This document shows positions 61,034-64,000 of a DNA stretch of 64,000 nt, piece by piece. Source of the stretch: Octopus bimaculoides. Its lineage: Eukaryota. Made by a program: the position numbers and the translations under genes. Location: the NCBI RefSeq assembly GCF_001194135.2, contig NC_069005.1, positions 21,429,013 to 21,493,012 on the forward strand. Direction: 5' to 3'. Numbering within the stretch: position 1 is the first letter of the stretch; every line of letters starts with the position of its first letter. Below the pieces are notes generated by a model. The model was not told the origin of the DNA and made no database searches. It worked only from the letters and a program-made list of their open reading frames with translations.

Positions 61034-61413
61034 CTTTTACTTGTTTCAGTCATTTGACTGTGGCCATGCTGGAGCACCGCCTTTAGTCGAGCAAATCGAC
61101 CTCAGGACTTATTCTTTGTAAGCCTAGTACTTATTCTAACTGTCTCTTTTGCCGAACCGCTAAGTTACGGGGACGTAAACACGCCAGCATCGGTTGTCAA
61201 GCGATGTTGGGGGGGGGGACAAACACAGACACACAAACACACACACACACAATATATACATACATATATACGACGGGCTTCTTTCAGTTTCCGTCTACCA
61301 AATCCACTCACAAGGCTTTGGTCGGCCCGAGGCTATAGTAGAAGACACTTGCCCAAGGTGCCACGCAGTGGGACTGAACCCGGAACCATGTGGTTGGTAA
61401 GCAAGTTACTTAC
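61034..61413 (-). mobile_element. Family-A SINE
   Basis: Matches 7284-7684; CpGs retained. Confidence 0.9.
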
Positions 61414-62189
61414 CTAAATTCATTTTAATATCATTTTGTACAGAGATTTTGAATCTTAAATGTTAGATACAAATATAGAAACAGACGTTTTGAATATTGT
61501 GTGTGTGTGCGGTATACATACATACATACTTATACACTCACGTACATACATCTGTTATGCATATAAGATAATACAAACTACACATTTTTTCACTTCATTC
61601 AAAACTCGTAAAATTTAAGGTCTTATATTTGTTTGATAAACCCATAATCGGACTAATTTTGGCTGAATTTTATATGGTGCAATGCATAATTTAAAGAATT
61701 AAAAACCAACATCTAAAAATCCTTTATAGAGTTTACATTATATAAATTTAAATTTAGAAACTTGGAGAGAACTGAAGTAACTTCTTTGGTTTTTGTTTGC
61801 AATAAAACTTGAAGTAAATAAAGCTAAAAATAATAACATGGAGCATTTTGTGTTAAAAAAAAACCATTTTGATGCAAAACAGTCAAAGGCTGCCCAACTC
61901 TCCTCCTCTTCAGTGAACATGACAAACGTGCTAACTATTGTATGAATGCAACATTTCAAAGGCAGATGTGGATTTGAGTCTCATAGGCAACCTTCAACTT
62001 CTTTTCCATCCAAGTAATTTTTAACTCCATATTCTGCATGCTATTACACTGTGTAGCACGATTTTTGTTCTTGAGTAACAACTGTTATTTCCAATTTGCT
62101 TACTCTTACAAAGTATGAAAAATGGATAATATTTCCATCAAATTTTGCTTTTCTTACATTTATTCGTATTCCTAAAGAATCCCTCTCAA

Positions 62190-62871
62190 GTTGTGAAATT
62201 TGTGTTTTTGTGGTCATGTGTATGCTGTAGTCTGTGATTTTGTCATGGACAAGAACAAAAAGCCAATATGAAATTTTGCATTAAAGTTGGGATGCCAGCT
62301 ACAGAGACATTGAACATGCTTCAGTAAGCTTATGGCAGTGAGGTAATGGGTCATATGCAATGTTTCGAGTGCTTCAAAATCGGAAGAAAGTCTCTGGAAG
62401 ACCAGCCACGAGCATCAGACCTGGAAATAGTATTGTGCATCAAAAATTTGTCTCCTGGGGCAGGCCATCAATTGAGAGTTCCACTGTGATGTTTTGAAAC
62501 ATTTGAGAGAAGACATTTGGTGGAGCACAAAGAATTGCATTCTTCACCAATCTCTCCTCACTCATGAGTTTCTTGTCAAAAACAACATGGTATCGGTTTC
62601 ACACCAACCCTATTCACCAGATTTAGTACCTGCAAACGTCCATTTCTTCTCCAAGAGGAAAAAGGCAGCTCAAATGCCATTGTTGAGATCCAGAGCAAAT
62701 TGCAGTATTTCCTCGACTCACATATGGAAAATGACATCCAGGCTGGATTCCCAAGAACACTGGGACTGGTGCAAGGTGGCTATTTTGAAGAAAATGATGT
62801 TAAAATTTAGGTAAATAAGTTATTTTTTTTATTAAACATAATTAGTCTGGGAACCTTTTGATACCGCCTTG
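62190..62871 (+). mobile_element. Internally deleted mariner transposase remnant
   Basis: EQKANMKFCIKVGMPATETLNML..AYGSE (HTH region), then YSPDLVP; mariner-like right end followed by TA. Confidence 0.85.
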
Positions 62872-63299
62872 TACCTCTATACAACACTAATTTGGTCAGG
62901 GTATATATTGAGAAAGTTTACCTGTCTCAAGATGCCAATATGTCTCGTGCACTTTATTGTCCTTGCTTACCCACAGCAACTGTACATGGCTGTAACACCA
63001 GATACACTAGGCCTCTGCATTTCCTTTAATCCTCTCAGACATGTGTCAAACTTTACCCTCCACCTGGGTTCTCAAGCAAAAAAATAAATAGCTACATATA
63101 CAGCTCAAAGGTAATGATTACATGCAAACTAATGGACAGAATTATCAGCTTCTGTTTCACATTCACTCACAGGATATTAAATGACCTGGGGCTATAGTAC
63201 AAGACACCTGCCTGAGTTGCCTTGAATGCAAAAACATAATTTCAAAGCAAACTTCCTAACTACAGAACAACCATGTGTAGCTAAAAGTATGCTAAATGT

Positions 63300-63770
63300 A
63301 ATTTATGGGTTTCAAATTTTGGTACAAGGCCAGTGATTTTAAGGGAGAGGGTAAGTTGATTATATCAAACCCAGTGCTCAACTGGTACTTATTTTATTAT
63401 TGACCCTGAAAGGACGAAGGCCAAAGTCGACCTCGGTGGAATTTGAACTCAGAACATGTAGACGGATGAAATGCTGCTAAGCATTTTGCTTGGCACATAA
63501 CAATTGTGCCAGCTTGTCACCCTTGCTTAACAGAAAATATAGGTTCAAATTTTGGCACAGGGCCAGCAATTTCAGGGCAGGAAATAAGTCGATTACATCG
63601 ACCCCCCACCCCCACCCCGGGCTCAACTGGCAATTATTTTATCAACCCTGAAAGGATGAAAAGCTAAGTCAACCTCGACGGAATTTGACCTATGAACATA
63701 AAGATGGATAAAATGCCACTAAGCATTTTGTCCGGCATGCTAATGCTTCGGCCAGTTCGCCGGCTTTGCT
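63300..63770 (-). mobile_element. Two tandem family-B SINEs
   Basis: Reverse-complement copies of the 43324-44035 unit. Confidence 0.8.
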
Positions 63771-64000
63771 AAATATAAAATATTAAAGTGCTGTGGGCAT
63801 GTGTGAGTAAGTTTTGATTAAGTTCACACACATGGTTTAACTACAAGATCTATCGACGTAGTAAAACTGAATATTTCTTTATTTACTGTATGCTTGGCAC
63901 GTGAATATATTCACAATCTATTCACACACATGCTGTCTTGGTTCTGTATTTAATAATAATGTACTGTAAATTTTTATATTAATACCCGCACGATTTTCAC

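Noticed and set aside
1-64000. CRISPR array, rRNA or prokaryotic operon
   Set aside because: No regularly spaced repeat-spacer array or rRNA motifs were seen; the sequence is intron-rich animal DNA.

Overview
AT-rich eukaryotic genomic DNA, dominated by transposon debris and microsatellites, with eight larger N gaps and a few short ones. The repeat families look like those of Octopus/coleoid cephalopods (inference from recalled SINE consensus sequences). Nearly all ORF-track entries are repeat, gap or antisense artefacts. Reading splice signals by eye gives several real or candidate genes. (1) The 3' part of a + strand ZCWPW1-like PWWP gene with exons at 7880-7990, 9044-9118, 26805-26871 and probably 28843-28886. 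(2) A head-to-head promoter near 37.7-37.9 kb that drives an unidentified - strand gene (MALS...) and probably a + strand gene encoding a 62-aa single-pass membrane microprotein (42511-42699). (3) A tandemly triplicated ~400-bp unit at 50.4-52.4 kb, each copy resembling a - strand terminal exon. (4) A CCAAT-rich promoter near 60.2 kb. Mobile DNA includes three tRNA-SINE families, RTE, R4/Dong, CRE and HERO LINE fragments, a mariner remnant, hAT, Tc1, piggyBac and Merlin-like MITEs, a Helentron-like element and a solo LTR. Highlights are a near-canonical hammerhead ribozyme inside a foldback (3589-3635, -), an inverted pair of young SINEs bracketing two in-frame PWWP exons, and interleaved terminal exons of convergent genes. 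No database searches were run; all family assignments come from motif recognition.
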